64,000 bases of DNA from Bacteroidales bacterium (GTDB lineage: Bacteria > Bacteroidota > Bacteroidia > Bacteroidales > FEN-979): the NCBI GenBank assembly GCA_023229525.1, contig JALNZC010000013.1, forward strand, positions 17,286 through 81,285, given 5' to 3'. Both the position numbers and the translations under genes were made by a program. Under the pieces are notes generated by a model. It searched no databases. It had not been told where the DNA came from and worked only from the letters and a program-made list of their open reading frames with translations. Numbering within the stretch: position 1 is the first letter of the stretch; each line of letters starts with the position of its first letter. Positions 20,281 through 29,478 of the stretch are shown here, in pieces.

Positions 20281-20312
20281 ATTTGAAGATTTGAGGATTT
20301 GAAAATTTGAAA
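20281..20312. repeat. 8-bp tandem array (ATTTGARR) x4
   Basis: Read as atttgaag atttgagg atttgaaa atttgaaa. Starts 9 nt upstream of the ATPase start codon. Confidence 0.9.
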
Positions 20313-20323
20313 ATTAAACTCAT

Positions 20324-20435
20324 CATTTCACCATTTCACCATCTCACCATCTCACCATCTCACCACCTCACCATCTCACCACCTCACCATCTCACCACCT
20401 CACCATCTCACCATCTCACCACCTCACCATCTACT
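20324..20435. repeat. 8-bp tandem array (CAYYTCAC) x about 14
   Basis: In-phase units are catttcac x2, then catctcac/cacctcac x11, then a degenerate unit. The array begins at the stop codon (20431-20433) of the upstream permease gene. Confidence 0.9.
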
Positions 20436-21651
20436 CCACCCTTATTGCTTCCACCGGTTTTAACTTCAGGGCTTTTCGGGCAGGCATAATGGCAGAGAGA
20501 ATGGCTGTAAAGATGATCATCAGGGTCAGGTGGAAATAGAGTTTGATTTTAATAAAAGGATAAATATTCGGATCGAATCCATAGGCTTCCAACCCTTTTG
20601 ACATAGAGGATAAGTCAATACCCTGCCGGTGAAAATAGCTAACCAGAAATGCGCTCAGGATCATTCCGATGATCCCTCCGATGGTGGTTAGAAAGATCGT
20701 CTCCAGCATGATCATCCGGAACACCCTCGCTCTGCTCATTCCCACGGCCATAAGCATTCCAAGCTCCCGTGTGCGCTCAAAAACGATCATCAGCATCGTA
20801 TTGACAATACCAAAAGCCAGGGCAAATAAAATAATGCCCAGGATGATGTATACTTCCATTGCAATGGTTGAGGTGATGAGGCCCATTTCAGGCCGGAGTT
20901 CAATCCAGTTCCGGATGTCAAACCCTGGAAACCTGCTCTTCAGAGAAGGCTCCACAATCGGGATCTGATCAATATCATTAAGAATGATGGCAATCTCCTG
21001 ACAACTGTTCTCATTTCCAGTCAGCAAACCGAGATCTTTCTTTTTAACGAACACAGTTGTTTCGTCAAATACATTATTGGCCGTCTGATAGATCCCGTTG
21101 ACGGAAAAGGCTGCTTCGGTAAGGTCCCCATCGGTATTCTGAAAACGAAGCACTACTTTTGACTTCAGTCTGACCTTCAGTTTATCCACCAGTTTCCTGC
21201 CCAGGACCAACTGATTCTTTTTGTTCCCTATGAAGTAACCACCACCGGAATCGGAAATGGTGGTATAAAGGGTGCTCACTTTCTTTTCCTGTAATGGATC
21301 GACGCCTACGATTTGCACTCCAGCCGCTGAATTGGGAGAGGCAGCCATTCCGGTGATCCGGATCCGGGTGCAAACCGCTTTTACATCTGGTATCTTCGAA
21401 ATTACTCCTGCGATGCTGTCGGCACCGGGAATTGAATATTGAGGTTCAAAGTTCTTAAGGAATCCAGGGTAGTGGATCTGTATATGGGAAATTTCGTTAT
21501 TTATGTCCATCCTCACCTTTTGCTCCACCATCCCGGTTATGATTGCTGCTGCAAAGATCCCTCCGGTCAGACCGAGTGTTACTGAAAGGATGACGATCAG
21601 GCTCCTTACCTTGTTTCTCCAGACATTTTTGAATGCGATTTTAATGATCAT
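20431..21651 (-). CDS. ABC transporter permease (FtsX family)
   Basis: 406 aa with an N-terminal TM, an extracytoplasmic domain and a C-terminal FtsX bundle. Ends ARKALKLKPVEAIRVE. Confidence 0.9.
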   Translation of the reverse strand: MIIKIAFKNVWRNKVRSLIVILSVTLGLTGGIFAAAIITGMVEQKVRMDINNEISHIQIHYPGFLKNFEPQYSIPGADSIAGVISKIPDVKAVCTRIRITGMAASPNSAAGVQIVGVDPLQEKKVSTLYTTISDSGGGYFIGNKKNQLVLGRKLVDKLKVRLKSKVVLRFQNTDGDLTEAAFSVNGIYQTANNVFDETTVFVKKKDLGLLTGNENSCQEIAIILNDIDQIPIVEPSLKSRFPGFDIRNWIELRPEMGLITSTIAMEVYIILGIILFALAFGIVNTMLMIVFERTRELGMLMAVGMSRARVFRMIMLETIFLTTIGGIIGMILSAFLVSYFHRQGIDLSSMSKGLEAYGFDPNIYPFIKIKLYFHLTLMIIFTAILSAIMPARKALKLKPVEAIRVE

Positions 21652-21660
21652 GAGACTACA

Positions 21661-22881
21661 TTATTTATGAAGAGACTCAACAACCTTTAACTTAAGGGCT
21701 TTCCTGATGGGATAAATACAGGTCAGCAAAACAATGACCAGCACACTGATCACATTCCAGAGGATGAACCCGGGTTTCACTGCCAGGGGCATCAGCGGTT
21801 CAATGCCAAAACTGATAAATGCCTGGGCCATTCCTCCCCACAGGTGAATAGGGTAGACGTGGAAATAAACCATGATCGGCACCGCAGTAACCACTCCTGC
21901 AATTGTTCCGGTAAGACCGATGAAGATCATCTCAAGAGTAAGGATAATGGCCAACCGGGTTTTCTGCATGCCCACTGAAACCATCACGCCAAACTCTTTC
22001 AGGCGTTCGTTGGTCATCATGATTACCGTTCCGAAAATACCAAAACCGACGATCATATATAAAATGGCAATGATGATCATCCCGCCTCCTGTCTTGGCCT
22101 TCAACGCTTGCATAACCTCTTCCATCATTTCATCCCAGCGCATGATCTCGAACTTCTCCATACCGATTTCGCTTTTCAAAACAGCCACCGTAGAATTGAT
22201 CTCATCGGGGTTAAGCAGAGTTAATGAAAGCGATGTTATCCGGTTCCCGGTACTGAAAAATTCCTGAGCCGTAAGCAGATTCATATAAACCATCTGGTTA
22301 TCGAGCTGGGGTGAAGGCATATGGATAATTCCGCAGACAGGGAATTTCCCGGCTGCACTGACACCATGATACCCTTGTCCCAAAAGTACAAGGGTGTCGC
22401 CGGTTGTCAGTCCGAGAAATGACGCGAGCCCCTGGGAAACCAGGATACCATTCCCATGAGTATCCAGATATCTGCCTTTAATCACTTTCCTTGAGAGGTG
22501 GGTCAGTGCGTCTTCCTTACCAGGATCTGTTCCCGAGAGCATTACCGCTTTTGTTTGCTTACCATATGAGGAGAGGGCAAAATATTCCAGGCGGGGGACT
22601 GTTTTATCCACATTTTTCGTTGCGGTGACATGGGATGTAAGTGAATCATCGTAAAGAATGGAATTATTGATATCCCTGTCATCCCAATACCCTTTTTTAT
22701 GTATTTGGATATGACCGGTGTATGACTGGATCGAGATGGCGACAAGGTTATCGAACCATCCGGTTTGCAAAGACCTGACGATCAATGCCAGGAATATGGC
22801 CAGAAAGATCGATGCCGCAGTCAACAGGGTCCTTCGCTTATTCCGCCAGATATTACGCCATGCAAGCCTGAATTCACTCAT
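21661..22881 (-). CDS. ABC transporter permease (FtsX family)
   Basis: 406 aa, paralogous architecture. Ends IRKALKLKVVESLHK. Confidence 0.9.
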   Translation of the reverse strand: MSEFRLAWRNIWRNKRRTLLTAASIFLAIFLALIVRSLQTGWFDNLVAISIQSYTGHIQIHKKGYWDDRDINNSILYDDSLTSHVTATKNVDKTVPRLEYFALSSYGKQTKAVMLSGTDPGKEDALTHLSRKVIKGRYLDTHGNGILVSQGLASFLGLTTGDTLVLLGQGYHGVSAAGKFPVCGIIHMPSPQLDNQMVYMNLLTAQEFFSTGNRITSLSLTLLNPDEINSTVAVLKSEIGMEKFEIMRWDEMMEEVMQALKAKTGGGMIIIAILYMIVGFGIFGTVIMMTNERLKEFGVMVSVGMQKTRLAIILTLEMIFIGLTGTIAGVVTAVPIMVYFHVYPIHLWGGMAQAFISFGIEPLMPLAVKPGFILWNVISVLVIVLLTCIYPIRKALKLKVVESLHK

Positions 22882-22887
22882 TTGTTA

Positions 22888-23649
22888 CTATCTTATTTTT
22901 ATCATGTTCTGTTGTGAGAAGAACCCTTCTTCGACCTTGATGTTGAACTTCATATCATCGATCTGCATAACGGTTTTCTGTCCTTTTTTAGTCTGGGGCG
23001 CCATCTCGATCCGGGTTGGAATTTCGCGGTCGCCCATCTTTCTGATTTCATAGTTGTTCGCAACATTTACCAACTTGTTGTCCTCGTCATAATATTCGGT
23101 CATCCACTGGTCATAGCCTTTTACCGTGATCCACATGACCACCTTCCCCCAAACTACGGGTGCGTCGGGCAAAGGCGTCAGTTCGATCTTATAACAGTCC
23201 AGATCCCGAACCTTTTCTCTCCCCAGCAGTTTATGGGTATAATCTATCACGATGGATGACTGCCGTACCAGGTCATCGTTGGTAAAATCGGAACCCATCC
23301 ATGACTGAAGCATCATCGACGGAGGTATTTTGATGGTTTTATCGATTGAAGGTACCCAGTTCCACATCTCGGTCTTGATTTTGAGGAAGACTTGTCCCTT
23401 GTCTTTGGCAGGGGCGGTGATCAAAACGAGAGAGTACTCCCTGCCTTTCGACCAGGTTTTCATCGAAATGGTCCGGGTCCAGTCGGGCCTCACCACCGTC
23501 ATGGTCATGGTTCCCTGGCTCGACAATCCACGGGTTTTCTCATCGGCTTTCCGGACAATGTCGTCCGCATTGAGATTCTGGGCCTGCATCCCTTGCAGGC
23601 CGGCCAACATCAGGGTGGTCAGGATCAGTTTTTTAAGTTTATCTGTCAC
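22888..23649 (-). CDS. LolA-like outer-membrane lipoprotein-sorting family protein
   Basis: 253 aa with a signal peptide and a LolA_like-type sequence (...MWNWVPSIDKTIKIPPSMMLQSWMGSDFTNDDL...). Typically encoded beside FtsX exporters. Confidence 0.7.
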   Translation of the reverse strand: MTDKLKKLILTTLMLAGLQGMQAQNLNADDIVRKADEKTRGLSSQGTMTMTVVRPDWTRTISMKTWSKGREYSLVLITAPAKDKGQVFLKIKTEMWNWVPSIDKTIKIPPSMMLQSWMGSDFTNDDLVRQSSIVIDYTHKLLGREKVRDLDCYKIELTPLPDAPVVWGKVVMWITVKGYDQWMTEYYDEDNKLVNVANNYEIRKMGDREIPTRIEMAPQTKKGQKTVMQIDDMKFNIKVEEGFFSQQNMIKIR

Positions 23650-23659
23650 TCTTCGGAGT

Positions 23660-24241
23660 TTATTTATATATGTTAATTATTCTTTTCTTGATCTCATTGA
23701 GTGGATAGTTTTCAGGATCAGAAATATACTCATAGATCACCCCGCTGAATAATGTACTGAGGTAGGCCACATCTACCTTGGGTTTTTTGGATCCCTGGCT
23801 TTTAAAATAACATTCCAGCATCTCAAGCGGCTGCTTTGAAGATGCCCGGATTTCATCTTTAAGGATTTCCTGAACCGTTGGTTGACTGAATATCGCCATA
23901 TACATTTTCCATATAATAAGATTTGATTTCAGATGGCGGAAGAGTCGGTTTAAATATTGCAGGAGGCCTTTCCGGTCGATCACACCCGCCCGATCGGGGT
24001 CGAAAGTGTCCAGCATTCCAAGCTGTGAAAGAATTTCCCGGAAAATCTCTTTCAGAAGTTCCTCCTTACTTATATAATAATTATACATCAGGCCTTTTGA
24101 AATGCCGGCGTGATTGGCCAGTTCACTGATAGAAACGGCATGGTATCCCTTGGTTGCAAAACACTCGATCGCTGCATCCAGGATGTGGGAGCGTTTACTG
24201 TCGCGGATCTCTTCATATTGTTCTTTTGTTCTCGGGCTCAT
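23660..24241 (-). CDS. TetR-family transcriptional regulator
   Basis: N-terminal HTH (FATKGYHAVSISELANHAGISKGLMYNYYISKEELL). First gene of the exporter operon. Confidence 0.9.
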   Translation of the reverse strand: MSPRTKEQYEEIRDSKRSHILDAAIECFATKGYHAVSISELANHAGISKGLMYNYYISKEELLKEIFREILSQLGMLDTFDPDRAGVIDRKGLLQYLNRLFRHLKSNLIIWKMYMAIFSQPTVQEILKDEIRASSKQPLEMLECYFKSQGSKKPKVDVAYLSTLFSGVIYEYISDPENYPLNEIKKRIINIYK

Positions 24242-24246
24242 ATTTT

Positions 24247-24270
24247 ATGACTGAACGGTCGGTCAAAGAT
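24247..24270 (-). promoter_or_regulatory. candidate -7 box (TATCTTTG on minus strand) overlapping an imperfect palindrome TGACTGAACGGTCGGTCA
   Basis: CAAAGATA at 24263-24270 is the reverse complement of TAnnTTTG. The 7/9-matched palindrome at 24247-24264 lies between the box and the tetR ATG (24241). Confidence 0.35.
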
Positions 24271-24403
24271 ACAATAAAAAAAATAACTACATCTCATCCC
24301 CGCCAAAAAAAATGTTAATGGATTGAAATACAGATGAGAAAATTCATGGTATGCTTTGTGGTCGATTTTCTCAGCTAAAATACCTTCGCAGGAAATCAAT
24401 AGG

Positions 24404-24781
24404 TTAACCGGCTCTCATGAAAACAATGATAAATATTAATGCAACTATTGCCGGTAGTGCCTGGACAAAAAATATTTTCCTGGTTGCGGTTATAGCTCCA
24501 TAGATACCGGCGATGATTACACAACCCAAAAAGAAGAGGGAAATATTGGATCTCCATAAATTATCCGTGATGAAGAATGTCCAGATCAGTCCGGCCGAAA
24601 GAAAACCGTTATACAATCCCTGATTTGCAGCTAGCGTTTTTGTCGGTTTAAACAAATCGCCGGCGAGCAGATCCTTAAATGTTTCTTTTCCTTTGGTCTC
24701 CCAGGCAAACATCTCTATCCATAAAAAATACAAATGTTCCAGGGCAACAATTCCGATCAAAATTTCTGCTATGGTTTTCAT
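24404..24781 (-). CDS. DUF1304-family membrane protein
   Basis: 125 aa with 4 predicted TMs. N-terminal IVALEHLYFLWIEMFAW is typical of DUF1304. Confidence 0.75.
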   Translation of the reverse strand: MKTIAEILIGIVALEHLYFLWIEMFAWETKGKETFKDLLAGDLFKPTKTLAANQGLYNGFLSAGLIWTFFITDNLWRSNISLFFLGCVIIAGIYGAITATRKIFFVQALPAIVALIFIIVFMRAG

Positions 24782-24784
24782 GTT

Positions 24785-25213
24785 TTATGATTCTAAATAC
24801 TCTTTTAAGGCAATATTAACAAAATGGGTCCAGCCTTCAACAAAATTCTCCCTTGCAAAATCCGGACTTCCTGCCGCCAAGGTTTCAAGGCCACGATGGG
24901 TCAGTCTTAATGTGGTTTTGTCGTCCTGGTTAAAAAGTTCAAATGTCACAAACGAATTACCCGGATAACCGTCATATCTCCAGCTGTAGGTGAGTTTTTT
25001 TTCGAAGATGGCTTCCGTTACTTCACAGCGGTGTAAATATTGGGTTTCAGGATCTTTCCCTCCATAAAACTGAAATTTAAATCCAACTTCCGCCTTGAAT
25101 TCAGCAAGGTCGAAGTACCATTTCCTCATTTCATTTATATCGGTAAGTGCCTGCCACACTTTTATAATTGGAGCGTTATAGTTCCGTTCAAGAATGATCG
25201 GTTGATTTTCCAT
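24785..25213 (-). CDS. SRPBCC/AHSA1-domain protein
   Basis: 142 aa with an Aha1/START-like sequence (ERNYNAPIIKVWQALTD ... WYFD...). Confidence 0.8.
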   Translation of the reverse strand: MENQPIILERNYNAPIIKVWQALTDINEMRKWYFDLAEFKAEVGFKFQFYGGKDPETQYLHRCEVTEAIFEKKLTYSWRYDGYPGNSFVTFELFNQDDKTTLRLTHRGLETLAAGSPDFARENFVEGWTHFVNIALKEYLES

Positions 25214-25454
25214 AGCAATTCATTTTAGAATTAATATTTAGACTTTTTTGATGTTATTTTTTTTTACAAAAAGGTTAATTTTGATTAACGGTTTAATCGT
25301 ATGTTTCATTATATAAAGATAAAGGAAATTGACCGCATCAGAAAATAGGCAGAAAAGCATAAATGAATGATTAGTATTTATCTGCGGAATATTGTACATA
25401 TCTTTGTTGTAGTAAAAATATTGGATTTAAGGTTTTTGTATAAAAGAAGGAGTT

Positions 25455-27119
25455 ATGAGCAAAAATTACACTGTTTCCCGGTATATTCTTTATCGCTTGC
25501 AGGAGATCGGCATTAAACACCTTTTCGGGGTTCCGGGAGATTATAACCTCGATTTCCTTGACGACGTCGTTGAAAGTCCCATCCGGTGGGTGGGGAATTG
25601 CAACGAGCTGAATGCCGGTTATGCAGCCGACGGCTATGCCCGCCTGAACGGGGCAGGAGCGGCTGTGGTTACTTACGGCGTAGGCGGACTGAGCATTCTG
25701 AATGCAGTGGCAGGCGCTTTTGCAGAGCAAGTGCCCGTGATCGTCATCAGTGGCGCCCCTCCGGCCCGGCGCAGAGAATCGGGAGCCATGGTCCACCATC
25801 TCATTTCCAATTATTATCTCCAGTTGGACATCTTCAGGAAAATTACGGCCGATGCAGCCCTTCTTACCGATCCAAATACTGCTCCAGATGAGATAGACCG
25901 TGTTATCCGGAATTGCATCACCCGGAAACTGCCCGTCTACCTTGAACTCCCGGCCGATATGACCAATGCCTTGTGCCGCGAGCCAGGGAAGCTGGTTTAT
26001 TCCACGTTATCTGTTTCCAATGGAGACAGCCTGGCAGAATGTGTTGCTGAAGCTGCAGAGATGCTCAATAATGCCGGTCATCCACTGATCCTCGCAGGAG
26101 TGGAGTTACTCCGTTTCGGACTCGGGAACGAAGCGCTTCAACTGGTTGAAAAAACGGAAGTTCCTTTTGCCACCATGCTCAGCAGCAAATCGGTGTTGCC
26201 GGAGTTACATCCCCAGTTCACCGGTATATATCAGGGTGGCTGGAGTCGTGAAGCGGTACGCCGGCAAGTGGAAGACTCTGACTGTCTTTTGTCGCTCGGG
26301 GTATGGATGACCGACCTGGATACGGGTTTGTTCAGCATGAATCTCGACAACCGGCGGATGATTACCGTTGGAGGAGACCAGGTACGAATCGGCAGCCATT
26401 ATTATCACCAGATACAACTGGGAGATTTCATCCGGGAACTGGCCCTTGCGGTTAAACCCAGGTCTTATCTGGCTTCACATCCGGCTGAATCCTATCGTCC
26501 CAAACGACCGTTCATACCTGAACCTTCGCGTATTCTGACCGCGATCCGCTTATACGAATGCCTTAACTTTTATCTCGACGACCAGATGATCCTTCTGGCA
26601 GAACCCGGCGACGCTTTTTGCGCAACCCCGGAATTCCACATAGAAGAAGCCGAAAATTTCATTGTACAAGCCTATTATTGTTCTATCGGTTATTGTACAC
26701 CGGCAGCTTTGGGCGTCGCTCTGGCACGTCCGGGAAAACGGCCGGTTGTCCTCACCGGTGATGGCGCCTTCCAGATGACGGCACAGGAAGTATCCACCCT
26801 GATAAGGGAGCGTTGTCCTGCAGTGATCGTGATCATCAACAATGATGGCTACCTGATTGAGCGGCGCCTCCACAAAGACGGGCCGTATAATGACATCCGG
26901 ATGTGGCGGTACGCTGAAATGCCCGGAGTATTTGATGATGGGTCCTTTGCTATCGGTATCCGGGTCACCACAGAGGAAGAGATGGAACAAGCCATGAAAA
27001 TTGCGGAAAAGGAGAGAAACAAACTTGTGCTTATCGAAGCATGCCTACCTTACCGCGATTGCTCTACAGGACTGGAACGACTCGGTAATGCCTTCCGGCA
27101 GGCACAACAGAAAAAATAA
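25455..27119 (+). CDS. thiamine-diphosphate-dependent alpha-keto-acid (indolepyruvate/phenylpyruvate-type) decarboxylase
   Basis: 554 aa. The N-terminus ...HLFGVPGDYNLDFLD matches the IpdC/PDC family. TPP-binding GDGAFQMT ... NNDGY motif in the C-terminal domain. Confidence 0.85.
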   Translation: MSKNYTVSRYILYRLQEIGIKHLFGVPGDYNLDFLDDVVESPIRWVGNCNELNAGYAADGYARLNGAGAAVVTYGVGGLSILNAVAGAFAEQVPVIVISGAPPARRRESGAMVHHLISNYYLQLDIFRKITADAALLTDPNTAPDEIDRVIRNCITRKLPVYLELPADMTNALCREPGKLVYSTLSVSNGDSLAECVAEAAEMLNNAGHPLILAGVELLRFGLGNEALQLVEKTEVPFATMLSSKSVLPELHPQFTGIYQGGWSREAVRRQVEDSDCLLSLGVWMTDLDTGLFSMNLDNRRMITVGGDQVRIGSHYYHQIQLGDFIRELALAVKPRSYLASHPAESYRPKRPFIPEPSRILTAIRLYECLNFYLDDQMILLAEPGDAFCATPEFHIEEAENFIVQAYYCSIGYCTPAALGVALARPGKRPVVLTGDGAFQMTAQEVSTLIRERCPAVIVIINNDGYLIERRLHKDGPYNDIRMWRYAEMPGVFDDGSFAIGIRVTTEEEMEQAMKIAEKERNKLVLIEACLPYRDCSTGLERLGNAFRQAQQKK

Positions 27120-27150
27120 TTGGTTGTTTAATCTCCGGACCAGAAAACAT

Positions 27151-27606
27151 TTATTTGACTGCAAGGTTGGTTCTAAGCCTGATGTCAGCGGATGAACTTC
27201 CAACGCTAATTTCAAAATTACCCGGATCCACTTTCCATTGCTTATCTTTCACGTCATAGTATGCAAATGAACGGGAATTAAAGTGCATCGTCACCTTCTT
27301 CTCCTGTCCGGGATTCAGGACAACCTTAGCGAATCCTTTCAATTCTTTTACCGGGCGCGGTAACGGATTGTGGGTATCGGACACATATAGCTTAATGGTT
27401 TCACTGCCAGCAATGACATTCACCTCTGTGCGCTGCCATTCCTGGTTGTTGAGTGCAAAATGCTCGACGCTTGCAATCACACCCTGCGATTGAAGGGCTT
27501 TGATATAGCTAACGGCCAAACGGGAAGCCAGCCAGGGATCTTCTCCATAACTCTCAAAATTTCGGCCTCCGGCAGGGAACCGATGAATATTCACGCAGGG
27601 ACCCAA
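27151..27606 (-). pseudogene. glycoside hydrolase family 3 (beta-glucosidase) remnant, 5'-truncated with a large internal deletion
   Basis: The 151-aa ORF joins a GH3 N-domain fragment (GPCVNIHRFPAGGRNFESYGEDPWL ... EHFALNNQEWQR) directly to the C-terminal Fn3-like domain (LYV...PVKELKGFAKVVLNPGQEK...VGSSSADIR). A stop codon lies immediately upstream of the TTG start. Confidence 0.7.
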
Positions 27607-27682
27607 ACATTTTTACCTCCCGGATAAGCATCCTGAAATTCGATTATTTAAAATTAGAAATTTTTTTTATCCTGTGATCTCT

Positions 27683-28456
27683 TCATCTACATTCTTCCAC
27701 ACAAAACACCTCCGTTTCCTCGTACCGCGACGCAACAACGATTTTTGTGCCTTTTGCATGCCGGCTGAACAGGTCATATACCAGCTTTGGGTGGTTATTT
27801 ACGGCCGAAAGATGCGAAAGTACCAGAAGTTGCATCCAAGGTGACCGATGGGTGTTGAAAAGGTCCAACGCCTGGTCGTTCGAGAGGTGTCCCTCGGCGC
27901 CCCGGATCCGCCGTTTCAGATAAAGCGGATAACGACCCCTTTCCAGCATTTGTTCATCATAGTTTGCTTCCAGGAAGGCTGCATGACATTGGCTGAGGTG
28001 ATGTATAACATGTTCACATGCTGTACCGATGTCCGTGAAAACACCCGCTGTAATATGGTCAGCGCTTATCGTAAAACTATGTGGTTCGGAAGCATCATGC
28101 CGTTTGGGAAATGGATTCACCCTGAGATCGCCAATATGAACCGGCATACCTGTGGTAAATGGTTTTATCATCTGCGGATCCAGGTTCAGACGGCTGTTTC
28201 GCCAGGTTGCCCCAGTAATATATACGGGTATCCCGTATTTATGTGAGAGCACCTCAACACCTCGGGTATGATCGGTATGTTCATGCGAGATGAATATGGC
28301 TTTAACATTCCGGATGGATAATCCCAGCCTGATCATCCGCCGCACTGTTTCCCGGCAGGAAATTCCGGCATCGATCAGCACAGCATCCGGCCCGTTACCG
28401 ATGTAATAACAGTTTCCATTACTCCCTGAATTGAGCGAGGCAAGGTAGAGGGGCAT
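27683..28456 (-). CDS. MBL-fold metallo-hydrolase
   Basis: 257 aa with the HxHxDH motif (ISHEHTDHTRG). Confidence 0.85.
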   Translation of the reverse strand: MPLYLASLNSGSNGNCYYIGNGPDAVLIDAGISCRETVRRMIRLGLSIRNVKAIFISHEHTDHTRGVEVLSHKYGIPVYITGATWRNSRLNLDPQMIKPFTTGMPVHIGDLRVNPFPKRHDASEPHSFTISADHITAGVFTDIGTACEHVIHHLSQCHAAFLEANYDEQMLERGRYPLYLKRRIRGAEGHLSNDQALDLFNTHRSPWMQLLVLSHLSAVNNHPKLVYDLFSRHAKGTKIVVASRYEETEVFCVEECR

Positions 28457-28473
28457 AGGTATAACCAGGAATT

Positions 28474-29019
28474 TTACAATTGAATAGTGTAATTATATAT
28501 TACCGGACTCTCATTCTTTTTCTTCGGTCCGGCTTCAGGTTTATCACGCTTATTGGAAGTTGTAAAGGTGTAACTGATACTCGACGATTTAGGAAGATGG
28601 AAATTGATCGTGGTTTTTGACGTCATTTTAACGCGCACACCTCTGTTCTTCACTTTCTCAAACCGGAGTAGACTGACAACCCGGAGTGCCTCTTCATCGC
28701 AGCCATAACCTAGTCCTTTCAAAATGCGTGGGTTGTCCACGTCACCATTGTCATGAACGTCGTATTCAACAATAACAAAACCTTCCACTTTTGCTTGAAG
28801 TGCAGATTCAGGATAGCGCAGGTTTTCTGCAATAAACTCCCTGAAAGCCTTATTCCCTCCAGTGTATTTTGGCAGTTTAAGAAAACGTTTTTTTTGATGG
28901 TGATCAAGCATGATCCATATGATTTTATCCCGTTTATCTTTTTTAACGGGAGAACGAAGGTAGAACTTTTTCTCGTTGATGGAAAGGGTACTGATTTTCT
29001 TTATAGATCCCTGTGTCAA
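28474..29019 (-). CDS. TonB C-terminal-domain-containing protein (start uncertain)
   Basis: TonB_C-like segment PKYTGGNKAFREFIAENLRYPESALQAKVEGFVIVEYDV. No clear N-terminal TM. An internal Met (MLDHH...) could be the true start. Confidence 0.6.
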   Translation of the reverse strand: MTQGSIKKISTLSINEKKFYLRSPVKKDKRDKIIWIMLDHHQKKRFLKLPKYTGGNKAFREFIAENLRYPESALQAKVEGFVIVEYDVHDNGDVDNPRILKGLGYGCDEEALRVVSLLRFEKVKNRGVRVKMTSKTTINFHLPKSSSISYTFTTSNKRDKPEAGPKKKNESPVIYNYTIQL

Positions 29020-29119
29020 ATGATATCGAATGAATTCATGTCAATAAATAATTTTATAACACAATATCCGTTCATTACGATATCTTTCATCCCGGATCTA
29101 TTAAATTTATATTATTAAA

Positions 29120-29428
29120 ATGAAGAAAACATTTTTTGGTTTAATGGTTTGCGCAACCCTGATGGGAGCCTGCAGTAAGAGTTCCAACAGTTTTGTACCC
29201 GATTGCAGCGGGAGTACAAAATCATTCAGTAATGATGTTTTACCGGTATTTCAAAGTGCCTGTGTGAGCTGTCATTCGCAATATTCAGGTTATTCACAGA
29301 TATCGGCAGCTAAAACTACTATCAGAAGCAAAATCGTTGATGGCAGTATGCCCCCGGGAAATTCATTATCAACTGCACAGAAGAACAATATTGTTTGTTG
29401 GATTGATAATGGCGCTCCCAATAATTAA
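29120..29428 (+). CDS. small lipoprotein with one c-type haem motif (PSCyt1-like)
   Basis: 102 aa with a lipobox (LMGACS), a single CVSCH and a downstream GSMPP. Confidence 0.6.
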   Translation: MKKTFFGLMVCATLMGACSKSSNSFVPDCSGSTKSFSNDVLPVFQSACVSCHSQYSGYSQISAAKTTIRSKIVDGSMPPGNSLSTAQKNNIVCWIDNGAPNN

Positions 29429-29478
29429 TCAATCCCAATCAAGGCATACAGCTGTAGTATAGTCCTGCATGCAATGTC

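Noticed and set aside
20307-20489. 60-aa ORF reading HHLTISPSHHLTISPPHHLTTSP...
   Set aside because: It is simply the translation of the 8-bp tandem array. It has a low-complexity periodic peptide and no start context, and it overlaps the permease gene end on the other strand.
25371-25799. 142-aa minus-strand ORF overlapping the start of the decarboxylase gene
   Set aside because: It is antisense to a strongly supported TPP-enzyme N-terminus and has no motifs.
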